Numbered from the stretch's first letter, positions 8,379-19,443 are shown. The stretch is 64,000 bases of DNA from Candidatus Sumerlaeaceae bacterium (GCA_026418615.1 JAOAAY010000010.1:20600-84599), one strand, 5' to 3'. Notes: generated from the sequence alone by a model not told the origin. Translations and numbers: made by a program.

Positions 8379-10361
8379 TTACATGTCGAGCATCAAAGCA
8401 GAGGCCCAAACGGCCAAACTGGCCGGATCCATGGCCGGCCCGCCCATGGCCACTTCGTCGAGATCCACGCGGTTGACGCCGTACGAGCCGAACCTCACCC
8501 AGCCAGCGTGCAGGTTGAGCGGGTTGCCGGTCACCGTCCAGTTCATGATCGGGGTGGCCGAGCCGTTCTTGAAGGCCTTGAGATTGATGACACTGCCATT
8601 GGCGACGGCATGAACCTCGAAACGGTCGCCAGAGTTGATGCCGCCGGGAACGGCCACATTGAAAGAGCCCACCTGAGTCCATGGCCCCTTCTGGCGCAAA
8701 ATGATGCGGCCCGCGCGCGCATCGGTACCGGACGATGAGAAGAAGGTCAGGGCATAGCCGGAACTGCCCTCCCGCAAGCGGATGTCAAAGTTGGCCTCCG
8801 GATTGCCTCCGGTCGGATTGGCACGCGCCGCATTGACAAATGTAAAAACGGCACGAAGCGCAAAGTCCGTAAACGCATAACCGCGGGTGTGGATGAACGC
8901 CCCGCCAAAGGCCGCGCCATTGCCCTGAAAAATGGCATTGCCGCTGCCAACCGTCACGGTTCCACCGCTGACAGTTTCCACATACCAGTCGGGCAGGCCC
9001 GGCGTTGTGTCGAGCGATGCACCGCTGAACTGATCACGCCACCAATGACTGGCTGCCGGCCACGCCGACCCGCCTCCCGTTGCACCCCGCGGATATTTTT
9101 GCAGGGCGGCGGACTGGAATGCGTACCAAACATTATTGCTCGCGTTGGGCGACGGAGTCTGCCCTTTCCAAAACGCGAGGCTGTAAGCATTCCAACCATC
9201 CGTGACCAAGGGGCCGGAAGAGGGATAAACGAACCAGTTCGTTCCAATGATATTCTGATTTGTCATGCCTGCAAAAACCGGGTTGGCTCCGGTATTCCAA
9301 GCATGCATGGCCTGATAGGCTCGCTTCACAAACTCGACGCCAATCAAATGATTTGCCGCATCCGGCATGTGCTTGTTGAACTCCGTCAGAAATACCGGTT
9401 TCGAGCCGTGCCCCAACTGACCAAAGATGCACAATTGCTCGCGAATTGCGTCGAAAAAGCCATCAACGCCGTAGTTCAGTCCCCCGGGTTCCGCATAGGC
9501 GTGAATCGCGAAACCGTCGAGTTTGGCCGGGTTCACATTGTTGATGTATTTGATGGAGCGAGCGAGGAATTCGTTGCCGTCCATGGTCACCGCCCCGCCG
9601 GCCAGGCTGGGTGAGACCGGCTGGAGCAAAGCCCGCGGGGTTCCCGCCGAGCCGGTTGTGGCGGTTGTCATCGAGTCGCGCACCGCCAAATACACCTGCG
9701 CATATTGTTCCGGCGTGGGGTACCAGACGGTCTGATACTGGTTCAGGCCTGCGTTGACTCCGGAAAAACGATGGTTCTCGTCGGCAATGTTAACCTCATT
9801 GCCCACCACATAGTACCGGGCGATGTGGCGCATGAGGCTCGCGGCTGCTCGTGCGTCCGAGGCAAAATTCGCCACCGTGTAGGGGTCAGTCGTCTCCGGG
9901 CCTGTAATACCGAAATACGGTTTATCGAACGGCACATTGCGTCCGTACGCCGGCTGAATGCGCACAATGGGACTGTGCCGCGCGCCCTGAGTCTCGCGGC
10001 TGATGGCGTAGTACATATATCCGGGAAGCGTCTTATTTGTGGGGCCGAAGACACCTCCCTGCCAAGCCCATTGGTAAAACGGTGCATTCTCGTCGTTCAC
10101 ATCCGTCACGACGGTCTCGAGGATCCAACCGCCTGCATCGCCTGCGATATTCGAGGAGTTCACTGGTCCGCCTGTATCGCCAAAAAGCGCTTCGACATCC
10201 GAATAGTAAGGCGGCGCGGCCACGCCGCCGTTTGCTCCCATGTCCGCCCCGAAGTGAATCCCGTGTAAGTAGGCGGCCTCTGTGTAGGTTTGAGCCTCAA
10301 TCCTGCCCGCAAAGGGCGGAAAAACCAAAATCATGGCGATAACGAGAGACCGACGGTTCAT
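8379..10361 (-). CDS. Secreted clan GH-A (GH5/GH39-like TIM-barrel) glycoside hydrolase with a C-terminal beta-sandwich domain
   Basis: Signal peptide (MNRRSLVIAMILVFPPFAGRIEAQ). Catalytic acid motif VVGNEVN and nucleophile motif VFLTEFN. Start chosen at the internal Met; the ORF track extends to 10430. Confidence 0.65.
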   Translation of the reverse strand: MNRRSLVIAMILVFPPFAGRIEAQTYTEAAYLHGIHFGADMGANGGVAAPPYYSDVEALFGDTGGPVNSSNIAGDAGGWILETVVTDVNDENAPFYQWAWQGGVFGPTNKTLPGYMYYAISRETQGARHSPIVRIQPAYGRNVPFDKPYFGITGPETTDPYTVANFASDARAAASLMRHIARYYVVGNEVNIADENHRFSGVNAGLNQYQTVWYPTPEQYAQVYLAVRDSMTTATTGSAGTPRALLQPVSPSLAGGAVTMDGNEFLARSIKYINNVNPAKLDGFAIHAYAEPGGLNYGVDGFFDAIREQLCIFGQLGHGSKPVFLTEFNKHMPDAANHLIGVEFVKRAYQAMHAWNTGANPVFAGMTNQNIIGTNWFVYPSSGPLVTDGWNAYSLAFWKGQTPSPNASNNVWYAFQSAALQKYPRGATGGGSAWPAASHWWRDQFSGASLDTTPGLPDWYVETVSGGTVTVGSGNAIFQGNGAAFGGAFIHTRGYAFTDFALRAVFTFVNAARANPTGGNPEANFDIRLREGSSGYALTFFSSSGTDARAGRIILRQKGPWTQVGSFNVAVPGGINSGDRFEVHAVANGSVINLKAFKNGSATPIMNWTVTGNPLNLHAGWVRFGSYGVNRVDLDEVAMGGPAMDPASLAVWASALMLDM

Positions 10362-10466
10362 GGCGAGCATCCTTGGGTTGCGAAAGCGCTTCCAAGCAAG
10401 TTTATGAGTCAGAATTTCGCAAACGCACACAAGGAAAATGCGAACCGCAAAGCCGGGCCGAAATGG

Positions 10467-11417
10467 TTATTCGAGCGGCCTGCCGGCTGCATCGGGCAAC
10501 TGACCCGCGAACAGCGACACGATGTCCAGCACCCACCAAAGTCCGAGCATCCCAAGGGTGAGCAGTTTGACGACGCCCATGCGGGTGTAACCGAGGTAGA
10601 AGCGATCCGCCCCCAAGAACCCGAGAAAAATACTGAGCAGCCGCGCTTTACCAGCGGAGCGCGGCGGTCCCAGATCCTGTTCATCGGCCCACTTCATATC
10701 GTCAAAAACGAGGCCGCCGACCTCGAAAACAACAAGCGTCCAGATGCCCCAACTGAGGAAAAAGTAAAGAAAAAGGTTGAATATCTGGGTACCCCGCGAG
10801 GCGTTCTCAGCGTTGATGGCGTTCTGAAGCCATTTCTGAAACGGCTCGTGGTTGAGAATGAGGACAAAGATCCCCACCAGCATGGCTGCCGACATAATGG
10901 GCCAGAAAAACACAGCGAGAAACCGCGCCACGGGGTCGAAACGCTTCGCCGCCGCGGCTTCAACAGATTCCTCCGTTTCCGCCGGGTAGCCATTCAAGGC
11001 CTCGAGGATTTCAGCGCTTGAGGCCACCACCGGCTTGATGCGCATTCCTGCGATGTCCTTGAGCGTATCAAGAAGCGCCAGATCCGACGGATCCTCCATG
11101 GCGACAACCAACCCGTCGCGGTCGAGTTTCACCGGCACAAGGTGGTGACGGCGCGCCAAACTTCCCGGAATATAGGTATACAAAATCGGATCCAGTTTTT
11201 CCCGTTCTATGGTGACTACGGGGGTACCAAAGTGGCGCCGGAAGAAGTTCAGCCGCTTCTTGTCGTCGAGAAAGTTGCTCTCAACCAAGATACGCACAAG
11301 CGGCTGCTCCGTCTCATGCTGGCGAGCGACAGCCGCCTCCAGTTGCGCGTTCGTGATGAGCCCCTCGCGCAGGAGAATATCCCCTATATTATGTCCTGCA
11401 GCGACGCGTTGCGCCAC
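10467..11417 (-). CDS. Fusion protein: N-terminal MshEN / T2SS-E N-terminal-like (c-di-GMP-binding type) domain plus C-terminal TM2 domain
   Basis: N-terminus NIGDILLREGLITNAQLEAAVARQ...LVRILVESNFLDDKKRLNFFRRHFG fits the tandem MshEN motif (G..LL..G.I....L..A...Q). C-terminus LLSIFLGFLGADRFYLGYTRMGVVKLLTLGMLGLWWVLDIV fits the TM2 consensus. Confidence 0.6.
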   Translation of the reverse strand: MAQRVAAGHNIGDILLREGLITNAQLEAAVARQHETEQPLVRILVESNFLDDKKRLNFFRRHFGTPVVTIEREKLDPILYTYIPGSLARRHHLVPVKLDRDGLVVAMEDPSDLALLDTLKDIAGMRIKPVVASSAEILEALNGYPAETEESVEAAAAKRFDPVARFLAVFFWPIMSAAMLVGIFVLILNHEPFQKWLQNAINAENASRGTQIFNLFLYFFLSWGIWTLVVFEVGGLVFDDMKWADEQDLGPPRSAGKARLLSIFLGFLGADRFYLGYTRMGVVKLLTLGMLGLWWVLDIVSLFAGQLPDAAGRPLE

Positions 11418-11563
11418 GGCGACCGGTTCTCCTTAATCCAATCCTGACTCTGAGTCCCGCCGGCATGAAATCCTTCGTTCATACCAGCAGATGCAGGCGA
11501 ATACTTGAGGGTCCTCGGGGGTGTGTCAAGACTTTGACGCGGTGCGAAGAGAGACGGTCGCAG

Positions 11564-12586
11564 TCAGTCCGGCCGGTTGCTCACCCAAGTTTGCAGTCCG
11601 CTTTCCTCGAAGTTGAAATCAATAATCTGAGCACCCTCGGCAATGACGGCTTTGCGGACCAGGTGCTCCTTGTCTTCGTCGGCGTAAAAGATCACGCAAC
11701 CGCCGCCGCCGGCTCCGCTGGCCTTTCCCCCAATGGCACCGCTGCGGTAGGCAACCTCGAACAGCCGGTCAATGCGCTCGTTCGTGACGGAGGCATCCAA
11801 CGCTTTCTGATTGCGCCAGTTCTCGTCGAGCAGTGCCGCAAAGGCATGCAGATCCCCGGCCAACAAAGCGTTTTTCACCTCATAGGCGATCCTTTTCAGG
11901 TTGCGCAGCGCCTCCACTGTGCGGCGCTCGTTGCGCTCGTAGGCGCCCATCACCGTACGGATGATGTCACCGCTCAGGCGGGATTGGCCCGTGTAGACCA
12001 GCAACATGTGTTTTTCCATTTCGCGAATCGTGCCCGGCGCCAAATGCAGCGCCGAGTTGCTGACCGCGGGGTCCTCGAATTCGAGGAAGTTGACACCGCC
12101 CAAGGCCGAAGCGTAATAATCCTGTTTCCCGCCCGCGATGTTGAGTTCCTGCACTTCGAGTCGCCGAGCCAGTTTGGCCACTTCGTGGGGGCTCAACTTG
12201 TTGCGCTGCAAGCAGTTGAGCAGACCGATGAGGGCGACGCTGATTGAGGACGACGACCCAGTGCCGCTGCCCGGCGGAGCATCGCACCGAACATGGATAT
12301 CCATCCCTGACTCGACATCCAGGACCTTCACCGCGGCCTTGATGAGATCCAAATTACCATCGTACTCGAGGGCTCTGAAGTTCGCAACCTCTACATATTG
12401 ATCAAAGTCCGCCGAAAGGATCCGGATCCGGTCATCGTCGCGAGGCACCAAGGAGCAATAGGTGTAGCGATTGATCGAGGCGTTGACCACCGCCCCGCCC
12501 TCGCGCTCGGAAAACGGCGGGACATCCGTCCAGCCTCCGGCGAAATCGATGCGGATCGGCGCGCGACTGCGTATGATCCTGCCCAT
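11564..12586 (-). CDS. GHMP-family sugar kinase (HddA / fucokinase C-domain-like)
   Basis: RIDFAGGWTDVPPF N-terminal motif. GHMP ATP-binding loop PPGSGTGSSSS. C-terminal GGKASGAGGGGCVIF. Confidence 0.7.
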   Translation of the reverse strand: MGRIIRSRAPIRIDFAGGWTDVPPFSEREGGAVVNASINRYTYCSLVPRDDDRIRILSADFDQYVEVANFRALEYDGNLDLIKAAVKVLDVESGMDIHVRCDAPPGSGTGSSSSISVALIGLLNCLQRNKLSPHEVAKLARRLEVQELNIAGGKQDYYASALGGVNFLEFEDPAVSNSALHLAPGTIREMEKHMLLVYTGQSRLSGDIIRTVMGAYERNERRTVEALRNLKRIAYEVKNALLAGDLHAFAALLDENWRNQKALDASVTNERIDRLFEVAYRSGAIGGKASGAGGGGCVIFYADEDKEHLVRKAVIAEGAQIIDFNFEESGLQTWVSNRPD

Positions 12587-12675
12587 ATACCCTCCCTGTC
12601 CGCCATGCCGTTCAGAACGCGACCACTTCGTGGCATTCCCGCGTCGGCGATGCAAGCGCGGAGCGGGACAGGGCT

Positions 12676-15501
12676 CTACAGGGCAAACCGCAGCGTGATG
12701 ATCTGTTTCGGCCTTACCGGGACGCGGCAGGATCCGTCCGCGGCGACCGCGACCGCCTCACCCTGCTCCTCGGCCAGATTCGACCTCCAGATGCCGGATG
12801 GGGGACGGAACCACTGCACACAGGCCTCGGCCGAGGTTTCGCCGGAGTTCCAGAAGCGGACTACATAATGACCGCGAGTGTCCTCGACTTGCTTGATGGC
12901 GGACATCACTATTCCCTCGCCGCTGACACGCAAAAACGCGTGGGAATCGGCTGGCAGTGTGCCCGGGTGACGGTAGGTCACCATGGCCTGCCACAGGGCT
13001 GCGTGCTGGTGCGCCTCGCGCTGCACGCCCGCGGCTCGCCAGTCGCCCTGATGGGGGATGATCGCATACCGGAAAACCAGCGTCCGGCCGAGCATCTGCT
13101 GCTCCGGCGTCTCGAACATAGGCCCTGCCCCTCCTACAATCGTGTTCGGATGGGGACCTGCGCCAAGGTAATTGACGGCACGCATCAGCGTCAGTTTCAC
13201 GACCGGCGCCTGCTCGGATTCGACCAGTTCATACTCCGGCAAACCGTGGTTGGCCAGGGCCAGCGGACCGTAACTCATGAACATCTGTTGGGCGCGTTCG
13301 AGCGGCATGTCCTCGATCCATACGCGCTCATCCGGCTGGACCGTGCGGTTGGACCGGGTAACGATGTCAAACGGCATCTCGGCGTCGTGCGTGTCGCCAG
13401 AGGGAGGCACCTCGAAACATACGCGCAGGCGATGATCCTTGGCCGTGTTGGTGACAGTTGTCTCCACATCAATTCGGCGCGAATGCGCACCGAGTCGGAA
13501 CACGGACCGCACCCGGAGCGCCACGGTCTCCGCCGCACGATGTTGACGATCAGGGGTCACTGCTGCCGGCACATCCAGCGTGTAATCCACCGCGATTGCC
13601 TGCACCGCCGGTTCATCCAGCAAGCGCGAGATTTGCACGGCGCCGGCACCGAGCGATGTCACCGTCGCATCATAACGCGGCGGGGAGTAGGTGTAACCGT
13701 CGCCGTTGTCGCCGTCGTCCTCCAGATAATGCAGGTTACGCAGAACCCGGCCGCCGAGCGACGGACCGCTCAAGGTCAGCGTTCCATTAGGCATGACCTC
13801 GACTGTCAGATGTTCATTGCGCATGATATGGGGCGAAGCCATGCTGTGGCGGTTGGGCAGGCGGTTGCGTTTGGGCGCCTTCGCGATGCGATAGGTCCGG
13901 TAACCCAGCGCCGGCACCCGTTCGGCCCACAGCGCCACGCGGAACCGCGCCGTCTGGTAGGTGGGACCGAACGCCTCCATCCACGGCCGGTGGACGACCA
14001 GAAACTTCGCGTCCACGATGTGGTAACGGACCGGCGAGCCGTCCCACGCGGTGATATTCAAATGGCGGATGGTGAAAAAAGGGTTGGCGTAATTGACATC
14101 GAACTCGTTGCGCTTGAACCATCCCTCCTCGACGCTCAAGTCCACATCCACCTCGATGAGGTCGCTCACCTCCCAGTTGAGCGGGTTGAACACGACGAGC
14201 GCCGCATCCCTCTCGTCGAGCGCCGAGGTGTCAATGGCTTCGCTGATGGCGTGCAGGCTTCGGCCGGTGACACAGGCCGCGATCTCCGCAGCCCATTCGA
14301 ACCGCGTTTCCATTTGACGATGAACGGCGTCCACCGAGCAACCGCCGATGGAGTCATGCGGGTGGTTGCGCAACAGCCATTTCCATCCCGTGCGGATCAG
14401 ACCTTCGGGATAGGGCAAGCCGGCCCAGGCGGCCGCACACGCAAACGGCTCCGCCCACCGCTCGAGCATCGTCTGGCAGCGGGCATTTGCCAGTTTCAGG
14501 TAAATACGCGAACTCAGGATATTGGGCAGAACGACCTCGCCGCTCTCCTCGGCGACCGCCGTTGACCGCTGCTCGCCCCGGATGACCTGCAGGTCGGGCG
14601 GGACGGCTCCTTTGATGGCCTGCATGAACTCCGCAAAACTCGCATGATGGACTTCGATGTCATCGTATTTGGCGTTGGCTCGCCGGATGATCTCGGGGGT
14701 GGTGGGCTGCGCCTCCATGTGGTCCACGCCATTCATGAGCAAAATGACATGAGAGCGTGACTGACGGATGACGCGGTCCATGACCGGGCGCAACGCACCG
14801 ACGGTGAAGTCAATGTTGGTGTTGACCATGGACCAAGGCGGCGTGTCCTCCGGCAGCGTGCGCGCTTCGACCGGCAGCGAGTGGTAGAAAAAAGCCGCAT
14901 TGATGTAGCCCGTGGCTTCCGGCAAATGGTAGGCAAACACCCGGGTGCCGTCGGGCGATTCCCACCACAACTCGTGTTTCCATTCCGCGCCGCTCAAGCC
15001 GCGCCAAATGATCGCATTGTCAATTCCAAATCCGGCAAGCAACTGCGGCATTTGGGAAATGTGGCCGAACATGTCGGGCAGGTAACCAACCGGCGCCGGC
15101 TCGACGCCAAACTCCCGACAGATGGCCCGCCCGCGTAGCAAATTGCGAACAGTGCTTTCCCCCGAGACGAGCCATTCGTCCGGCAGAATGTACCAAGGGC
15201 CGATGGTGATCCGTCCGTCGCGGATATGCTTTTCCAAGCGCGCCCGCTGCCCGGGCTCCACCTCAAGGTAGTCCTCCAAAATGACCGTCTGGCCATCGAG
15301 GTTGAAACAGCGAAAGGTCGGATCGGCCTCGAGCAGATCAAGCAACCGGTCGATGAGCCGGACCAGTCGCATCCGGAATTCTTGAAACGATCCGTACCAC
15401 TCCCGATCCCAATGGGTGTGGGAGCACATGAAAGCGACATATTTGCGGTGGGCGGGTTTGGCCTCTGCGGGTTGAACTGACAATGCTGACTCCTTCTGCA
15501 A
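12676..15501 (-). CDS. Glycoside hydrolase family 38 alpha-mannosidase
   Basis: Hallmark GH38 N-terminal motif FMCSHTHWDREW. Length 941 aa. Cytoplasmic (no signal peptide). Confidence 0.85.
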   Translation of the reverse strand: MQKESALSVQPAEAKPAHRKYVAFMCSHTHWDREWYGSFQEFRMRLVRLIDRLLDLLEADPTFRCFNLDGQTVILEDYLEVEPGQRARLEKHIRDGRITIGPWYILPDEWLVSGESTVRNLLRGRAICREFGVEPAPVGYLPDMFGHISQMPQLLAGFGIDNAIIWRGLSGAEWKHELWWESPDGTRVFAYHLPEATGYINAAFFYHSLPVEARTLPEDTPPWSMVNTNIDFTVGALRPVMDRVIRQSRSHVILLMNGVDHMEAQPTTPEIIRRANAKYDDIEVHHASFAEFMQAIKGAVPPDLQVIRGEQRSTAVAEESGEVVLPNILSSRIYLKLANARCQTMLERWAEPFACAAAWAGLPYPEGLIRTGWKWLLRNHPHDSIGGCSVDAVHRQMETRFEWAAEIAACVTGRSLHAISEAIDTSALDERDAALVVFNPLNWEVSDLIEVDVDLSVEEGWFKRNEFDVNYANPFFTIRHLNITAWDGSPVRYHIVDAKFLVVHRPWMEAFGPTYQTARFRVALWAERVPALGYRTYRIAKAPKRNRLPNRHSMASPHIMRNEHLTVEVMPNGTLTLSGPSLGGRVLRNLHYLEDDGDNGDGYTYSPPRYDATVTSLGAGAVQISRLLDEPAVQAIAVDYTLDVPAAVTPDRQHRAAETVALRVRSVFRLGAHSRRIDVETTVTNTAKDHRLRVCFEVPPSGDTHDAEMPFDIVTRSNRTVQPDERVWIEDMPLERAQQMFMSYGPLALANHGLPEYELVESEQAPVVKLTLMRAVNYLGAGPHPNTIVGGAGPMFETPEQQMLGRTLVFRYAIIPHQGDWRAAGVQREAHQHAALWQAMVTYRHPGTLPADSHAFLRVSGEGIVMSAIKQVEDTRGHYVVRFWNSGETSAEACVQWFRPPSGIWRSNLAEEQGEAVAVAADGSCRVPVRPKQIITLRFAL

Positions 15502-15596
15502 GCGCTTACATCGTGAGACGCGAGTTACTTTCTTGGACCCCGAACGGCCGTGTCAAAGGCGATTCACAGGCAAGTAAACCAGCCAGAACCTTGGCC

Positions 15597-16211
15597 TCAA
15601 TCCGGGTCCTTCCAACGGTAAGAGATCGTGTGGCGGAGGCCCAGCGCATCGAGGATTTTCAACACAAGATGACGCACCAATTCGTCAATCGTCTGCGGTC
15701 GGTGGTAAAATCCGGGCATGGCCGGCAACACGATGGCTCCGGCCTCGGTGAGCGTCACCATGTTGCGTAGGTGAATGAGGCTCAGCGGCGTCTCGCGCGG
15801 CACCACGACCAACCGTCTGCGTTCCTTCAAGCAGGCTTCCGCGGCCCGCGTCACCAGGTTGCTGCCAGTCCCGGCCGCGAGAGTTCCCAAGGTTTTCATT
15901 GAACATGGACAGATCACCATGCCCGCGCACCGGAAGGTGCCGCTGGCCGGGGGCGCCGCCAAGTCGCCGTCGGAATGCATGACGATCCGCCCGCGAGGGA
16001 CTGCCCGCCCCAAGTACACCTCCGGATCGAATCGTCCGCCCGGGAATGTAATCCCCAATTCTTCCCGAATGACAATGTGGGATGTGGGGCTGACTATCAA
16101 ATGCACCTCGACATCCAGCCGCGTCAATTCGTCGAGCAAGGCCCGGCCATAAATTGCGCCGCTCGCACCCGTGATGCCCATCAGGACGCGGTTCGACATG
16201 GTTTCGCTCAT
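15597..16211 (-). CDS. ubiX: Flavin prenyltransferase UbiX (UbiX/Pad1 family)
   Basis: VLMGITGASGAIYGRALLDEL...CPCSMKTLG... is typical of UbiX. Confidence 0.8.
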   Translation of the reverse strand: MSETMSNRVLMGITGASGAIYGRALLDELTRLDVEVHLIVSPTSHIVIREELGITFPGGRFDPEVYLGRAVPRGRIVMHSDGDLAAPPASGTFRCAGMVICPCSMKTLGTLAAGTGSNLVTRAAEACLKERRRLVVVPRETPLSLIHLRNMVTLTEAGAIVLPAMPGFYHRPQTIDELVRHLVLKILDALGLRHTISYRWKDPD

Positions 16212-16244
16212 GACTCCCCCATTACCGCTGACGCGCGCGCGGAG

Positions 16245-17099
16245 TCACCGCCCCTTCTTGATATCGCCCGCGAGAACAAACCGCTCCGGCTCCGTCCATA
16301 GCCGGTATCCGCCAAGAATCGCATTGGCATTGCTGCCCGCGCGGCAGTGCGGGGGAAGACGCTTGAGGAACTTCACATGGCCGCCGCCCAGCACCACATA
16401 CTCGACCTGCAGCGCCACCCGCAGCCGCTCAACCACATCCTCAACCATCTCGCGCCACCGCCGTTTGCCAAAGTGTTTCATGCCGCGCACGCCCACATAC
16501 GCCTCGAAGGTGCGGTTGCGGTACGGCAAATGCGCCACCTCCATAGGCGCCACGACGCCGTCAAAAATGCACGCCGTCCCCAGCCCCGTCCCCAAACCCA
16601 GAAACAGCATCCGCCCGCCCTCGTAACTGCCGATGGCTTGCATCGCAGCGTCATTGATCAGTTTGACTGGACGGCCGAAGGCCCGTTCAAAATCGTAGCG
16701 CACCCAGCCGGGACCCAAATTGACCGGATTGAGCACGATGCGGTTGCCGACCACCGGCCCGGGACAACCGATAGTCACCACATCGTAGTCCCAGTCGGCC
16801 ACAGCGGCTTTGACATCGCGAACCATACGGGCCGGCGTCAGGTCTGGTCCGGATTTCACACGCCGCAACTCGTCCTGCCCCGTCGCCAACAACTTGATGT
16901 TCGTCCCGCCCACATCCACTACGAGGACTCTCGGCGCGCGCTTGCGTGCCGGCTTGCCTGTCCCTTTCACACCAACCCTCCACACACTGGTTGCCAACGG
17001 CTGACCGCACGAATCGCGGAATTCACGAAGCGTGTCGGCGAAGACACGCGGGTCGGCAACAGAAAAGGCACCCCGCCCCCCAATAGGATAACCCGACAA
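16245..17099 (-). CDS. ROK-family sugar kinase (glucokinase/mannokinase or polyphosphate-glucokinase-like)
   Basis: VLVVDVGGTNIKLLATG N-terminal ATPase motif, plus LINDAAMQAIG and GLGTGLGTA ROK motifs. The true start may be internal to the listed ORF. Confidence 0.7.
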   Translation of the reverse strand: MSGYPIGGRGAFSVADPRVFADTLREFRDSCGQPLATSVWRVGVKGTGKPARKRAPRVLVVDVGGTNIKLLATGQDELRRVKSGPDLTPARMVRDVKAAVADWDYDVVTIGCPGPVVGNRIVLNPVNLGPGWVRYDFERAFGRPVKLINDAAMQAIGSYEGGRMLFLGLGTGLGTACIFDGVVAPMEVAHLPYRNRTFEAYVGVRGMKHFGKRRWREMVEDVVERLRVALQVEYVVLGGGHVKFLKRLPPHCRAGSNANAILGGYRLWTEPERFVLAGDIKKGR

Positions 17100-17136
17100 C
17101 CAATTTTATCCCCCACCGGGCACGCGTATTGCTCCC

Positions 17137-18288
17137 GTGATGCCTCTCATAGGCGTCTCGCGACAACCAGCAGCCGGACGCACGAGGAGGTACACACCCG
17201 TGTCCCACCATGAACAGAGACGGCTTCGCAATTCGCGTAGCCGCTGGCGCCAGCGTTTTCTCGCCCGTTGGCTAGCGGCTGCCGCCGCTTGCGTCCTCGC
17301 TGTCGCCCGTGTGGCGGGCGCATCAGCCTCAGGCTCTGACATCCGCACCACGGCGACGCTCAACCCCGCGAATTTAGCCAAACGCGGGCCGTTCAGGACA
17401 ACTGTCGTTTACGAGGATTGGCGCGATGACTCGCGCCAGCGTACGCTGCCAGTGCGCATCACGCGCCCGGCCGACCCCAGCGGCACATATCCTGTAGTCC
17501 TCTTTTCCCACGGTCTCGGCGGCTCGCGCGACGCAGGTTCGCTTTGGGCCGAGCATTGGGCCAGCCACGGTTACCTCGTCGTGCACCTCCAACACCCGGG
17601 AAGCGACGAGTCTTTATGGAAGAACCGGGAGGGAAATCCTCTCGAAAACCTCAAACAGGGAATGAACGCCCGGCAGTTAGCGGTTCGCGTGGAGGATGTT
17701 CGGTTCGCCTTGGCGGAATTGAATCGGCGCTGTGCCGCTGCGCAACCGGCACTGGCCGGCGCCGATCCATCACGAGTGTGCATGACCGGTCACTCCTTTG
17801 GTGCCCAGACCACACAGGCCGTGGCAGGCCAGCGTTTTCTTTTTCCCATGGCTGCTCAGCGAGAACTGACCACCACCACCCTCAAGGCAGCCATCGCTTT
17901 CAGCCCCAATGCGCGCGGGACGGCCGGCAATCTCGACCGTCGCTTTGGCAGCATCAACATGCCATTTCTTTCGCTGACGGGCACAAATGACACCGTTCCA
18001 CAATTAAGTGATCAGCCGGCCTCCGACCGCCTGCTGCCCTATCAGCATATGCCGCCGGGCGGAAAAGTATTAGTCAACTTTGAAGGCGCCGATCACATGG
18101 TCTTTGGCGGCCACCATCTTCGCCGTGCCGAAACTCCGCTCGACAGAGCCGTGCAGGAGGATGTCAAAGCGCTCACTCTTGCATTTCTGAATGCCCATTT
18201 GCGAGGCGATACGAACGCCGGGAAATGGCTGAGCAGCGGGGCAGCCGCCCGTTCGCTTCAGGCCAAAGCAGAATTCTTCGCCAAATAG
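17137..18288 (+). CDS. Secreted alpha/beta-hydrolase (PAF-acetylhydrolase / dienelactone-hydrolase-like esterase)
   Basis: Signal/Tat-like N-terminus. PVVLFSHGLGGSRD oxyanion region. Nucleophile elbow MTGHSFGAQ. C-terminal ADHMVFGG. Confidence 0.65.
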   Translation: MMPLIGVSRQPAAGRTRRYTPVSHHEQRRLRNSRSRWRQRFLARWLAAAAACVLAVARVAGASASGSDIRTTATLNPANLAKRGPFRTTVVYEDWRDDSRQRTLPVRITRPADPSGTYPVVLFSHGLGGSRDAGSLWAEHWASHGYLVVHLQHPGSDESLWKNREGNPLENLKQGMNARQLAVRVEDVRFALAELNRRCAAAQPALAGADPSRVCMTGHSFGAQTTQAVAGQRFLFPMAAQRELTTTTLKAAIAFSPNARGTAGNLDRRFGSINMPFLSLTGTNDTVPQLSDQPASDRLLPYQHMPPGGKVLVNFEGADHMVFGGHHLRRAETPLDRAVQEDVKALTLAFLNAHLRGDTNAGKWLSSGAAARSLQAKAEFFAK

Positions 18289-18353
18289 AGGTCCGTGCCG
18301 TAGCGTTTGACATGCGCCCGTGCGCGTCCCGGTGTGGGAACCGAACCGTTTAG

Positions 18354-19304
<951 letters not shown>

Positions 19305-19402
19305 CCCGCGACGCCCCGCTGCCGAGTCCGGGGCTGGATGGCGCCTAAACCCGGCATGAACCGCAACCCGGAGAGCGCGGGGCAATTCGTCAAAATCAAG
19401 TG

Positions 19403-19443
19403 CGGCAGGGATCGGCTTTCGGTCCCTGCCGCGCTCTTCTTTG
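19403..19443 (+). terminator. Rho-independent terminator downstream of mdh
   Basis: GC stem GCGGCAGGGATCGG...CCGATCCCTGCCGC (loop CTTT) followed by CTCTTCTTTGTG. Confidence 0.5.

Noticed and set aside
12868-14565. 565-aa plus-strand ORF antisense to the GH38 gene
   Set aside because: The sequence is R/H/G-rich and low-complexity with no motifs. It is exactly the antisense of a gene with a strong family signature (HTHWDREW). This is a typical high-GC shadow ORF.
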